From the NCBI GenBank assembly GCA_965267575.1, contig OZ254086.1, forward strand, positions 928,001 through 992,000: 64,000 nt of DNA. The letters are read 5' to 3'. Positions 19,872 through 30,351 of this stretch are shown here, piece after piece. Numbering within the stretch: position 1 is the first letter of the stretch; the number at the start of each line of letters is the position of its first letter. The notes below the pieces were generated by a model. That model saw nothing but the letters and a program-made list of their open reading frames with translations. It was not told the DNA's origin and searched no databases. A program made the translations under genes and the position numbers. This stretch comes from Calditrichales bacterium (lineage in GTDB: Bacteria > Calditrichota > Calditrichia > Calditrichales > J004).

Positions 19872-20045
19872 TAAAACAGCCGGTCTATTGTTCTGCCATT
19901 CCGGTCTGATTTTCAGGCAACCCGGGATTCATGTGTCCGCGGTGTTGTGGATCCCGGGCCAAGGAATGGGCGATGAAAGACGGGGATCGAGCCTATCTTT
20001 CCAAATGCGGAGGCTTTTTCAAATTTTATAAACTGGGGGGAAAGA

Positions 20046-20870
20046 ATGATTTCTTTTTTTAACTACCTTCCGACAAAATCCGTTACCCGAATATGGCACG
20101 GTCAATTAGTAGCGGCTTTTATGATTTTGGCAACCGCTGTTGTCTTCATAATGCCCAAAGCAAGTCTTGGACAAACAGACTGGACGAGATTCGAAAGCAA
20201 CCCGGTACTTGACGTCGGTGCGGATGGCGCCTGGGACGATGGAGGGGTTTGGCATCATACCGTGCTGTTTCATAACGATGAATATCATCTTTGGTATACC
20301 AATTCAAACGCAACGGCTATTGGCTACGCAAGGTCATCTGACAAAATAAACTGGATAAAGGATGCATCAAATCCTGTTCTTGAAAGCGACCCGGTTCTAT
20401 TGCCGGGACCTTCCGGAAGCTGGGATGACGCAGATCCAAGCCAGTCCAAAATATTATTCGACGGCACGACTTTTCACATGTGGTATATTGGACGCGGTGG
20501 TAGCAGCGACAATAAATGGCGGATAGGATATGCAACCGCCCCTTTGGATACACTGACCACTGTGCTCTACAAAAGTGCCTATTATGCAGCACGTGGCTTT
20601 TCAAAGGAACAGAATTACCCGAACCCATTCAACCCATATACCACGATACAATATAGTCTAGCCAAACCTGAACACGTTTCAATTAAAATCTATAATCTTG
20701 CCGGACAAGATATAACAACTCTTGTAGACAAAAAACAACTAGCCGGGCATCACGGGGTTATCTGGCAACCTGCGGATTTGCCAAGCGGAATCTACATATA
20801 TCGCATGCAAATCCAAGAGTATATTATCAACAAAGATGATTCTACTCAAGTAGGCTTAAACTTTTATTAA
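20046..20870 (+). pseudogene. Decayed paralog of 18522-19871 (internal deletion, frameshifted CTD)
   Basis: Only ~2 propeller repeats; junction NPVLE-SDPVL; the canonical end KMILLK* lies in another frame ending at TAG 20853. Confidence 0.65.
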
Positions 20871-20985
20871 TTGGGGTAGTAGCGGATCGTTGAGAAATGT
20901 GTTCAGGGTATTTAAGCTACGTAAATGCCGGATTACGAAGCAGTATCTTAACTGCGCAAAGATTCTGTTTGTCAATCCTGGCGAG

Positions 20986-21072
20986 AGGGAGTCTATTTTA
21001 GGCTCCCTTTTTTATTTCTGCTATCATGGTAACCGGAAAGATTCCCGCCCCCTCCGGAAAGTGGCGAGTTCG
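20986..21072 (+). repeat. Second copy of terminator + tRNA-remnant repeat
   Basis: AGGGAGTCT...AGGCTCCCTTTTTTATTTCTGC is 33/36 identical to 13780-13815; TCCCG..GGAAAGTGGCGAGTTCG is 25/30 identical to 13838-13867. Confidence 0.8.
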
Positions 21073-21162
21073 GAAAATTGATTGAGAGGTTGGTATCGAA
21101 GCGGCTCACCAGAAATGCCTGCTTATGGCAAAGTGTAGGTAAGATAAAATCAGCTTCTTATC

Positions 21163-21600
21163 TTATTTTCTTCCGCTCTTTATATCCGTATAAATCTCAT
21201 CCGAATGCACAGTCGTAAAATATTTATTCATGGCATTATTGTATGCCTCGCGCGCTTCCTCTGTGGCCCATGCCTCCTCAAAAAGCTCGTTATTGCGCTC
21301 ATTGGCTTTGTTTACATCCTCGAAAGACTTAAGCCCGTAGATAACCAGATAATCACGGCTGTCGTTGCCCCACAAGTGGCGTACATTGCGGTGCCATAAA
21401 ATATGCTCGTTCTTTTTGATAACCTTATCGGTGTAAAGCTGGTTGAGCGAATCAAATTCAGCATTTGATCCATCGTCGGGAAAGGCCAGTTGCAGCTTGG
21501 TTATCACAACAACCTCATTATCCGATGGTTGCTGCGCCAGGAGGTTGGTAAAACACAAAAGAAATAAAAGAACTACGATGGAGTGAGTCAAGGTCTTCAT
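21163..21600 (-). CDS. Exported hypothetical protein (possibly NIPSNAP-like fold)
   Basis: Signal peptide; RHLWG..., HSDEIY motifs; function unknown. Confidence 0.7.
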   Translation of the reverse strand: MKTLTHSIVVLLFLLCFTNLLAQQPSDNEVVVITKLQLAFPDDGSNAEFDSLNQLYTDKVIKKNEHILWHRNVRHLWGNDSRDYLVIYGLKSFEDVNKANERNNELFEEAWATEEAREAYNNAMNKYFTTVHSDEIYTDIKSGRK

Positions 21601-21747
21601 GAAGCCCCCTAAGTAAAGGTGTGTAGACCATAAGCAGGCAAGAAAGGCCGCATATTAGACCCACACCAGCATCATGTCAACATTGCGCATTAGTTCACAT
21701 AAGCGGGGCTGAATCCTGTCAATCTCCGGGGTCAAAAAGGGGTATGC

Positions 21748-22170
21748 TTATTTTACGGTTTTGCTCTCACTAAGAGCTTCCGCAGGGCGCATAGGGCTGA
21801 CCTCGCAACCTAGCATCTGCATACAGCGCAGGAGCTGTTCGATGTGAAATGGTTTTGGAAGGATAAAATCCGCGCCGAGTTGACGCGCCATTTTTAAATA
21901 CATGATGGAATTATGGTTGGAGCCGCCGCCGGATATTGCAAGAATCTTTTTATCGGAGCCCGCTTCCTTTATCTCCTGTATAAATTCAAGACCGTCCTTT
22001 TCCGGCATAACGATATCGAGGACGATATAGTCCGGTTCATGGCTGTTATAGAGTTTTGCGCCCTGCTCACCGTCAAAAGCGGTAATTACTTCATGACCCT
22101 GTTTTTCAAGCAGTTTTTCCAGCAGATGGCAAAGCTGATGATCGTCCTCAACAATTAGAATCTTACTCAT
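21748..22170 (-). CDS. Single-domain response regulator
   Basis: ILIVEDD, DIVMPEKDG, AISGGG, LPKPF. Confidence 0.92.
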   Translation of the reverse strand: MSKILIVEDDHQLCHLLEKLLEKQGHEVITAFDGEQGAKLYNSHEPDYIVLDIVMPEKDGLEFIQEIKEAGSDKKILAISGGGSNHNSIMYLKMARQLGADFILPKPFHIEQLLRCMQMLGCEVSPMRPAEALSESKTVK

Positions 22171-22261
22171 TACAAAACTCCGTTTTTTTTCTATTCCTAT
22201 TAACGACCATCTCTATTATAACCCTTAGCCCGCTTTGTATCTGCGGTCAAAAACAAGGCGA

Positions 22262-22642
22262 TCAGTTTCCGGCAGGGTGTCCCAGCATGGAAAGACAGCG
22301 CAGTATCTGCTCCATGTGAAAAGGTTTGGGCAGAATAAAATCCGCCCCCAGAGCGCGCGCCGCTTTTAGATAGGAGATGGAACTATTGTGTGCCCCGCCA
22401 CCGGATATCGCCAGAATCTTCGTCGTGCTCTTTTTATCGCGCAGGCTCTGAATAAACTCCAGGCCGTCTTTCTCGGGCATCACTATATCTGTAATAACCA
22501 CGTCAAATTCGTTTTCACGATACAGCTTTTCTGCTTCAAGCCCGTTCTCGGCACTTAAAACGGTATAGCCCTCACCACGCAGTATGTGTGACAGAAGACT
22601 ATTCATCTGCGGTTCGTCTTCGACAATTAAAATCTTGCTCAT
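22262..22642 (-). CDS. Single-domain response regulator (paralog of 21748-22170)
   Basis: Shared MSKILIVED, DIVMPEKDGLEFIQ, KILAISGGG, GADFILPKPFH. Confidence 0.92.
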   Translation of the reverse strand: MSKILIVEDEPQMNSLLSHILRGEGYTVLSAENGLEAEKLYRENEFDVVITDIVMPEKDGLEFIQSLRDKKSTTKILAISGGGAHNSSISYLKAARALGADFILPKPFHMEQILRCLSMLGHPAGN

Positions 22643-25284
22643 TTCTTACTCCCGGGTACAAGTAAATCTTTAATTTGTTTGGAAAACTCTTTTATCTGAA
22701 AGGGCTTGCGAATGATCAGGTTTACCAGACCTTCTTCCTTCAACAGCTTCACCTTTTTTTCATCTTCAAAACCTGTCATAACAATTACAGGCATTTCCGG
22801 CCTAATGCTTTTTACTGACAGCGCCAACTCATATCCATCCATATTCGGCATACTAAGGTCCGTTATCAGCATATCAAAATCATTTGGATGATTTTCAAAT
22901 AGTTTCAGGGCATCCTCCGGGCTGTTTTTGTAAATAACACGGTAGCCGGCCAACTCCAGCAGCTCCTTGCTGACCCGGGAAATGGCCTGCTCATCATCCA
23001 CAAGCAAGATATTTGCCTGACCCGCATAAAGCTCAGCAGCATCTTCGCTTTGTTGTTCACTGTCGTTAGCCGGCTCGTGCGATGGAAAGTAGACGCTAAA
23101 AACCGTGCCTTTACCGGGACTGCTCTTAACACGTACATCACCGTGATGGTCTTTCACTATACCATGCACCATGGACAAGCCCATACCGGTACCCTGGCCA
23201 ACCGGCTTTGTAGTATAAAAGGGATCAAATATTTTTCTTATTTTTGTAGGATCGATACCGCAGCCATCGTCGGAAACTTCAAGCAAAGCATATTTTCCGT
23301 CTTTAAGCTCGTTGTCCGCGGAAACAGTCACCTCACGCACCGAAACATCAATCCGGCCTTTTTTTTCACCGATCGCGTGGTAGGCATTGGTACAAAGATT
23401 CATTAAAACGGAATGCAACTGCGTGGGATCCCCTTTGACCAGCAACAAATCTTCATTTTTATAATTATAGCTGATTGTTATATGCGCCGGTATGGAAGCA
23501 CGCAAAAACTTGACCACCTCTTTCACGATAAGCTTCATGCGTATCGTTGTAATTTGCCGTTCCGCCTGGCGGCTGAAAGTAAGGATCTGCGTAACAAGAT
23601 CTCGCGCCCGGACGGATGCGGTGAGGATCTCCTGAATGGCCATTTTATTGGAGGAACTTTGCTGCATGGCCAGTTCGGCATAACCCATAATGATGCTCAG
23701 AATATTGTTAAAGTCGTGGGCGATGCCACCGGCAAGTACCCCCATGGCCTCCATTTTCTGGCTTTGCAGCAACTGGGCCTGCAGGTATTTCTCCCGGGTT
23801 ATGTTGCGCAGCTCCAGTTGGTAAAGCTGTTTTTCGTCTCCCTGCTTATCAACCAACGATGCGGTCAGCATATAATATTTTGTCTCTTCGGAGGCATAGC
23901 GGACCGATATTTCCGTGTTGGAAAGGGCCTTTTTATCTTTAAGCTCTTTGATAAAAGTTTTCGCCTCTTCCTCTTTTTCAAAAAGGTTATTGGCCAGGGT
24001 CAGTTGCGCTGAATCGTCATCTCTGCGGAGGTACTCCATTGCCATCGTGTTGGCATCGATGATATTTCCCTTTTCGTCAAATAGAATAATACCATCCTGC
24101 GAGCGTTCAAAAAGGCGGCGGAACTTGCGTTCGGAATTGAGGATTTGCTCTTCGGCTTTCCTGCGCTCACTGAGATCGCGAATCGCTACAACACGGGCAT
24201 CTTTGCCATTGTAACGGCAGTTTTGTGCAACAAGCTCGACCGGATATTCTTCCCCGTTTTTGCGAACAGCCGTGATCTCATAGGGCCTTGCTAAATTTAA
24301 CCCCATATGCTTGCGTGCTTTATCAACGTCTTTGGGCGGGGCCAGCATGGAGACCGGCGCGTTGATTAACTCGGATAGTGCGTAGCCGGTTATCCCGGTC
24401 ATGGCTTTATTGGCGCTTACGATTTTCTCATCGATGTGGATAAAAACGCCGTCAAATGAGGCATCCACAAGGGCTTTGAAACGTTGTTCATTTTCACGGA
24501 TCAACGCCAGGGCTTTTTTCTCATTACTGATATCTCGCAGGACCCCGCATATAGCGCTCTTCCCCCGATAGGTAATCACACTAAAGGCCACATTAACGGC
24601 CACCTCGTTATCCATACTATCCACTGCAAGCTGTTCACCCAGGCTGTGACGCTCGTTTTCCAGAACAAAGCTGAAATTTTTAATCAGGCTGTTATAGGTA
24701 GAGCTGAACACATCACGAAGCGTAAGTCTTCGCGCTTCTTCGCGGCTATATTTGAGAATACGGCAAAAAGAGGGATTGACTTTAAACAGTTTGTAGTCAT
24801 CCAGGTCAGCCAAAAATATGCCTTCGTTGATCGTCTCAAAGACGGCACTGAACAATTCTGCTTTTTCATTCAGTTCAATTTCCGCCAGACGCAGCTTTTC
24901 GCGCTGTTCGCGGTAGCGTAATGCCCGCACAATGGCCGGTATGAGACGCTCGGGCTTATTTTTAAGAACATAATCTACAGCGCCGGAGGTCAGGCTTTCC
25001 ACGGCCGCCTCTTCGCCAATCGTTCCCGAGAAAAAGATAAACGGCGTATCCGGCGATATTTGCTGTGCTATTGTCAGAGCCGCCTTGCCATCATAGGCGG
25101 GAAGCGTGTAGTCCGAAATAATTAAATCAAAGCGCTGTTGCCGCAGCAATTGCTCAAAATCATCGCGGTCTTCAACGGCGACAACCTCCGCGGCAATGCC
25201 CTCATTTTCCAGTTCAAGGCGGATAAGCTCCGTATCTACCTTGTTGTCTTCCAGGTTTAATATTTTTAAAGGTGAATCAAACAT
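22639..25284 (-). CDS. Hybrid sensor kinase REC-PAS(x3)-HisKA-HATPase-REC
   Basis: SDYTLP, GGIAHDFNNIL, NLCTNA, GTGMGL, TDLSMP. Confidence 0.93.
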   Translation of the reverse strand: MFDSPLKILNLEDNKVDTELIRLELENEGIAAEVVAVEDRDDFEQLLRQQRFDLIISDYTLPAYDGKAALTIAQQISPDTPFIFFSGTIGEEAAVESLTSGAVDYVLKNKPERLIPAIVRALRYREQREKLRLAEIELNEKAELFSAVFETINEGIFLADLDDYKLFKVNPSFCRILKYSREEARRLTLRDVFSSTYNSLIKNFSFVLENERHSLGEQLAVDSMDNEVAVNVAFSVITYRGKSAICGVLRDISNEKKALALIRENEQRFKALVDASFDGVFIHIDEKIVSANKAMTGITGYALSELINAPVSMLAPPKDVDKARKHMGLNLARPYEITAVRKNGEEYPVELVAQNCRYNGKDARVVAIRDLSERRKAEEQILNSERKFRRLFERSQDGIILFDEKGNIIDANTMAMEYLRRDDDSAQLTLANNLFEKEEEAKTFIKELKDKKALSNTEISVRYASEETKYYMLTASLVDKQGDEKQLYQLELRNITREKYLQAQLLQSQKMEAMGVLAGGIAHDFNNILSIIMGYAELAMQQSSSNKMAIQEILTASVRARDLVTQILTFSRQAERQITTIRMKLIVKEVVKFLRASIPAHITISYNYKNEDLLLVKGDPTQLHSVLMNLCTNAYHAIGEKKGRIDVSVREVTVSADNELKDGKYALLEVSDDGCGIDPTKIRKIFDPFYTTKPVGQGTGMGLSMVHGIVKDHHGDVRVKSSPGKGTVFSVYFPSHEPANDSEQQSEDAAELYAGQANILLVDDEQAISRVSKELLELAGYRVIYKNSPEDALKLFENHPNDFDMLITDLSMPNMDGYELALSVKSIRPEMPVIVMTGFEDEKKVKLLKEEGLVNLIIRKPFQIKEFSKQIKDLLVPGSKK

Positions 25285-25296
25285 AATTCTCGATGG

Positions 25297-25740
25297 TTAT
25301 TTGTCGGGTGCAATATTGATGACGGCCCAGAACAATCCCAGTTGCTTGATGCAATCACTAAACTGATCATAATCGACCGGTTTGACCACATAGGCGTTTA
25401 CCCCCAGCTCGTAACTGCGAACAAGGTCTCTTTCTTCGCGGGATGATGTAAGCACGACTACCGGAATATGCTTAAGCTTCTTATCAGAACGCATTTCCTT
25501 AAGCACTTCCAGGCCGTCTACTTTGGGCATTTTCAAATCAAGCAAAACCACGACGGGATCGCCGTTGCCGCGGTTGCTGTATCTTCCATTACGCTTTAAA
25601 TAGTCCAACGCCTCCTGTCCGTCGCCTACCACTTCCAGGCGGTTAGCAAGGTGTGAATCCTCCAGCGCGAGCATGGTCAGTTCCACATCATTGGGATCAT
25701 CTTCGGCAAGCAATATCTTTTTGAGATCGTTACGTGTCAT
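25297..25740 (-). CDS. Rcp1-like single-domain response regulator
   Basis: LLDLKMPKVDG, VVLTSSREERD, GVNAYVVKP. Confidence 0.92.
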   Translation of the reverse strand: MTRNDLKKILLAEDDPNDVELTMLALEDSHLANRLEVVGDGQEALDYLKRNGRYSNRGNGDPVVVLLDLKMPKVDGLEVLKEMRSDKKLKHIPVVVLTSSREERDLVRSYELGVNAYVVKPVDYDQFSDCIKQLGLFWAVINIAPDK

Positions 25741-28700
25741 ATCTTCTCCAATACTTTTTTCTGCTCCTGTGGCAATGTAAAGTAAAACGTTGCCCCTTCA
25801 TTTACACGGCCTTCCGCCCAAACGCGTCCGCCGTGGCGTGTAACAATACGTTTCACATTGGCCAGGCCAATGCCGGTGCCTTCAAACTCGTCCCGGGCGT
25901 GCAGGCGCTGAAACACGTTGAACAGCTTATGGGCGTAGCTCATGTCAAAGCCTACCCCGTTATCACTTACGGATATCACGTGCTCGGCGTTTTCCTCATC
26001 GCAACGGTATGTCACATTTATCCGCGGCTTTTGCCCGTTTGCCGAGTATTTAAGGGCGTTTTCAAGCAGGTTGTTCAACACCTGCCGGATCAGGGCGCCA
26101 TCGGCATTTACCTCAGGCAGCGTGTCGGCGCTTACCAGCGCGCCCCTCTTTTCAATTTCCTCGCTGTTTTCATCAAGCACTTTTTTAACAATCTGGTTCA
26201 GATCCACTTTTGCCAAACGCATCTCCGCCCGGCCCATATGCGAGAACTCCAGCAGATCGTCAATCAGATCACCCATGCGCTGCGCGGATGAGCTGATCAC
26301 GTCAATAAAGCGCTGGCCTCTTTCATCCAGCTTATCGTTGTATCTTTCCGAGAGGTTGCGAACAAACGCGGATATATGGCGCAACGGTGCGCGCAAATCG
26401 TGGGAGACGGAATAGCTGAAGGATTCCAGCTCCTTGTTAACCGCCTCAAGCTGCTGAGTCCTTTGCCTGACCCGTTGCTCAAGCATCGTATTTATATTTT
26501 CCATCTGCTTGTAGAGCCGCGCATTATCAATAATAACCGCGGTGCGTCGCGCAACATCTTCGGCAACGATCAGGTCTTCCTCACTGTAATGCCTTCCTGA
26601 CTCCGACGACACAAAAGTGAGAGCGCCAATAACTTTATCACCGGCTTTTAAGGGCACGGCCAATGCAGATACCAGCCCCAGTGCCTTTAAAATATCCAGG
26701 TGTTTTTCGTCCCGGGCCGCCAGTTCAAGCAACTCGGGTTTAATTTCAGACCAAAGCTGGCTTTTTCCTGTCCGCACCAGTTGCCCCAGCCCGGGCTCCT
26801 GGCTTAAATCCGGCGGGTAAAGTTCATACAATTCCCTGGCCAGTTTCACTTTTTTCGGATCCGGATGGGAAACGGCGATTCGGTTAAGCACATGTTTCTC
26901 AGCATCGTACAAGTCCACGGCAGCCCAATCTGCAATGCCCGGCACACAGCCGTCGGCCAGCGCCTGCAGCGCTTTATTCATGTCATGTTGCGACGCCAAT
27001 ACCGAGCCCATGGTTTTTATCAGTGTTTTTTGCCGCGTATTGGTCAGTTCCAGTTCACGCCGCACAGCCTGTTCATTTGCCAGCGCCTTTAAACGCTCTT
27101 CTTCGACTTTCAGTTTTTCGGTGATGTCCTGAATGTCTCCCACAAAGAAGGCCGGCTGTCCGTTACTTTCACGAACCAAAACGACGTTAAGCCTTATCCA
27201 CACATCCATGCCGCGGCTGTTAAATACACGCAATTTTTGGGTAAAGGAGGATTGCTTCCCTGAGACAAGACTTTCCATATTCTGCGCACATGCCTCCACG
27301 TCAGCGGGATGTGTTATTTCGGGCCACTTTTTAGCCAGCAAAGCTTCCTCGCTGTATTCAACGATTCTCATAAACGCGCGGTTTACGCGAATAAACCTGC
27401 CCGCCGGATCGGCAATGGCCCGCCCGATAGCGGCATTCTCAAAAGCCAGACGAAAGCTCTCTTCGCTGCGCCGCAGCTCAAGTTCTGCTTTGTGCCGTTC
27501 TTTTATCTCTTGCTGTAGCTTTTTATTGCTTTTTTGCAGGGCATTGGTCCTGCGTGCCACTTCATCCTCGAGATCCAAACGAATCTGCAGCAATTCCAGC
27601 TTTGTGGCGCAGATAGAAGCCCACTGTAAAACCAGCCGCTGGGAGCGCTCGTCAAAGTGACCGGCTTCCGCGTTTACAAGCTGGATAACACCAAGATACC
27701 GCTCCCGCGACCCGGACAGCGGTACAGCCAGCAGCGAGTGCAATGAAGACGGGGGATCGCCATCCTCCGGCAGCACCAACGACTGCAGGTCCTCGCAGTT
27801 GTAAGCCTCAAACGCTTGCTGATATTGTTCCCCGGCGCATTTCAGTTCGTGCCTGTTTCTATATGAGTAAGAAATAATCACGCTCTGGGCCGGCGCTATT
27901 TTGCGGGTAAACTGAACAATAAAAGAGAGCATCTCGCCAATGTCATCGATTCTTATCAGCTTTTGGCGTGCATCATTAAAATCCTTTAACTGTTGGGCGT
28001 TTTTGGCCAGCAGGTCATGCGCCTCCTGCATATCGGCCTGCACGTTTTTGCGCTGCTCTATTTCTGCTTGCAGGGACTTGTTTATCTCGGCCACTGCTTT
28101 TTGCTGCCCAACCATTCGCTGGCTCATCGCGACCAGACCGGGCACAAGAAGTGAGATGGCCAGGGCGGACAGCAAAAGCACCAGCGGGATATTTGAATGA
28201 ACACTGCTTAACAGGCTTTCATCCGGCCACAAGGTTATGGTCCAGTTACCGGGTTGATGAATGTGCGTTCTAAGTTCAAAGCTATGCTCCGGGGTGTCCT
28301 GCATGTGGCTGCCATAAACAAGCATGTCATAGGCGTGGATGGCAAAATCGAAATTATCTTCCCGGACAGAATTTGTGATGGGCCCGAAAAACAGCTGCTT
28401 GTCAAAACGGGCCAAAATCTGATGACTTTCCCCGGTTACAAGCATATAAAAATCTCTGTCGTTGAATGCTATGCTTTGGGCATTTTCCCAGGAGTGGAAT
28501 GCCGGCAGCACAGACATATCGCCCGTGATATTGCCGCTGCGGATTGTATCCGCGGATGTTCGCCAGGCCATCCCGGCAAGACCATTAATATCATCAACAT
28601 AAAACTCAGCATCACGATACCAGTCCCTGGCGGTATCATAAACGCCGCTTTCGGCCCTTTCCAACATACGCTCCAGCGCCAGAAAATCGCTGCGTATATA

Positions 28701-29468
28701 TTTTCCAAGAGCGTGATGCACATCGTTCATTTCAAAACGCAGCAGATCATTAATCTGCCGTGACTGATAGCGTTCCAGCGCGTACCACAACAAAAATGAA
28801 CCGGCGACCATGCTCAGCATTAGCGGCACTACGATCCAACGTTTTTCAAAAAAATGTTTGTGTGCATCCAGGTGATAGGCCTGCACCATTAAAGCCAGAC
28901 TGATCAATAAAATCAAAAAAGCGGCCTGCGGCGCCATATGCGTTAAGCCGGACCAGGCATAGGCCGCCTGCCAGCCGCTTACGTACCCAACCAACGAGAC
29001 AGAAGCAATAATAAAGGCGACCAGGACGGCCGTGGCAATGACAACTGAATTGGGCCGCCGCTGAATATAAAACAAACCGGCAGACACCAAAAAAAAGGCA
29101 ACCGCCGTATTGGGCGCCATACGCCCCGGATGGCTTGTATTCGTTACAATTTGCGGCTCAACAAAAAGCGTATCGATATGCAGATTAACGCTAAACACAT
29201 ATTGCGCAAGCACAAGCAGGCTAAAAAGCGCGGCTATTAAAGAAAAAGCAGCGGAGTAGTCCCCTCCTCTACTCCGGTACTGTAGCAACAGCGCCAGGCC
29301 GCAAAGCAAACCGAGCAATGCCGTGTTAAACTGAATGGGCACCACGTTTTCATTGAGCTGGAGAAGTTGCTCAATATCCGCAATCCAGCCCGCCAAAAAT
29401 AGCAGGCTAAAAAATGCGACCAAAGCTCCTATCCCCCGGCACATATATAAATATTGGGGTTTGTGCAA
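25737..29468 (-). CDS. Membrane sensor histidine kinase (multi-TM, periplasmic domain, GAF, PAS, GAF, HisKA, HATPase)
   Basis: MAPNTA TM region; ESFSYSVSHDLRAPLR, NALKY, GTGIGLA. Confidence 0.9.
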   Translation of the reverse strand: MHKPQYLYMCRGIGALVAFFSLLFLAGWIADIEQLLQLNENVVPIQFNTALLGLLCGLALLLQYRSRGGDYSAAFSLIAALFSLLVLAQYVFSVNLHIDTLFVEPQIVTNTSHPGRMAPNTAVAFFLVSAGLFYIQRRPNSVVIATAVLVAFIIASVSLVGYVSGWQAAYAWSGLTHMAPQAAFLILLISLALMVQAYHLDAHKHFFEKRWIVVPLMLSMVAGSFLLWYALERYQSRQINDLLRFEMNDVHHALGKYIRSDFLALERMLERAESGVYDTARDWYRDAEFYVDDINGLAGMAWRTSADTIRSGNITGDMSVLPAFHSWENAQSIAFNDRDFYMLVTGESHQILARFDKQLFFGPITNSVREDNFDFAIHAYDMLVYGSHMQDTPEHSFELRTHIHQPGNWTITLWPDESLLSSVHSNIPLVLLLSALAISLLVPGLVAMSQRMVGQQKAVAEINKSLQAEIEQRKNVQADMQEAHDLLAKNAQQLKDFNDARQKLIRIDDIGEMLSFIVQFTRKIAPAQSVIISYSYRNRHELKCAGEQYQQAFEAYNCEDLQSLVLPEDGDPPSSLHSLLAVPLSGSRERYLGVIQLVNAEAGHFDERSQRLVLQWASICATKLELLQIRLDLEDEVARRTNALQKSNKKLQQEIKERHKAELELRRSEESFRLAFENAAIGRAIADPAGRFIRVNRAFMRIVEYSEEALLAKKWPEITHPADVEACAQNMESLVSGKQSSFTQKLRVFNSRGMDVWIRLNVVLVRESNGQPAFFVGDIQDITEKLKVEEERLKALANEQAVRRELELTNTRQKTLIKTMGSVLASQHDMNKALQALADGCVPGIADWAAVDLYDAEKHVLNRIAVSHPDPKKVKLARELYELYPPDLSQEPGLGQLVRTGKSQLWSEIKPELLELAARDEKHLDILKALGLVSALAVPLKAGDKVIGALTFVSSESGRHYSEEDLIVAEDVARRTAVIIDNARLYKQMENINTMLEQRVRQRTQQLEAVNKELESFSYSVSHDLRAPLRHISAFVRNLSERYNDKLDERGQRFIDVISSSAQRMGDLIDDLLEFSHMGRAEMRLAKVDLNQIVKKVLDENSEEIEKRGALVSADTLPEVNADGALIRQVLNNLLENALKYSANGQKPRINVTYRCDEENAEHVISVSDNGVGFDMSYAHKLFNVFQRLHARDEFEGTGIGLANVKRIVTRHGGRVWAEGRVNEGATFYFTLPQEQKKVLEKI

Positions 29469-29543
29469 TATACCACCGCCTTCTTTATAACCTATGTTCG
29501 GACAATGAAAATCTATCTGCTGTCAGGCGAAACTTGATTTTTG

Positions 29544-29562
29544 TGTAGGAAAAACACCTACG
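29544..29562. promoter_or_regulatory. Putative NarL/LuxR-type binding site TGTAGG-N7-CCTACG
   Basis: Palindrome upstream of the kinase gene; related site at 30352-30370. Confidence 0.45.
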
Positions 29563-29566
29563 TAGG

Positions 29567-30196
29567 TTAAATTAGCAGACGTGCTTTTATGCAGTATTTT
29601 ACAAGCTCGGCACTGCTTTTCATTTTCATTTTCTTAAGAATGCGTGAACGGTACGTGGCGACTGTCTTACTGCTGATAAAAAGCTTATCTGCTATTTCAG
29701 CACTGCTGTTTCCGGACGCGATCATACGCAATACCTGGAATTCACGGGTGGAAAGACGTTCGTGCAGCAGACGCGCTTTGTTTGAGTCCGAAGCGCCGGA
29801 AGAATAATCAATGTCTATATTTATATATTTTTTATTGCGTACCGTCTTGCGTATTGCCAACAGAAGCTCAGCGGGATCCGCCTCTTTATTTACAAAGCCG
29901 TCGGCACCCAGCCGCAAGGCGTGTATGGCAAACTCTTCTTCGGGGAAAATTGTAAGCAGCAATATTTTTACACCAGGATAACTGCTCTTTAAGGGATTTA
30001 TGAGCTCCAGCCCCCCGGTCCGCGGCATATTTATGTCAAGGATCAACACATCCGGCCTGGCATGTTCCAGAATGGCCAGAAGCCCGTCACTGTCACAGGC
30101 TTCATTAATAACTTCCATATCGTCTTCGGCCCCAAGGATATATCGTAGCCCGGACCGCGTTACAGGATGGTCGTCCGCAATTACGATCTTAATCAT
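29567..30196 (-). CDS. NarL/FixJ-family response regulator
   Basis: ADDHP, LDINMP, LSTREFQVL, KTVATYR. Confidence 0.93.
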   Translation of the reverse strand: MIKIVIADDHPVTRSGLRYILGAEDDMEVINEACDSDGLLAILEHARPDVLILDINMPRTGGLELINPLKSSYPGVKILLLTIFPEEEFAIHALRLGADGFVNKEADPAELLLAIRKTVRNKKYINIDIDYSSGASDSNKARLLHERLSTREFQVLRMIASGNSSAEIADKLFISSKTVATYRSRILKKMKMKSSAELVKYCIKARLLI

Positions 30197-30351
30197 CCTA
30201 AAAAAATTACCTTCCCTGGCAGCATGCCCGGCAGGTCACGGGATCTTCCAATATTTAAGATAAAATCGCTCCGGTATTATTGTCAGTTAAGAACGTGAAT
30301 AAATATCAAAGCAAACCTCAAAAAGGGCAATCGGAAAGTGTATGAAAGTGA

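Larger units (their letters stand above)
13780..21072. mobile_element. AT-rich genomic islet 3' of tRNA-Asp bounded by degenerate direct repeats; no integrase
   Basis: Visible AT shift; repeats at ~13780-13868 and ~20986-21072. Confidence 0.6.

Noticed and set aside
25297-29468. Bacteriophytochrome light sensor
   Set aside because: H-box and Rcp1-like partner are phytochrome-type, but the N-terminus is transmembrane and no PAS-GAF-PHY core or DIP motif was seen.
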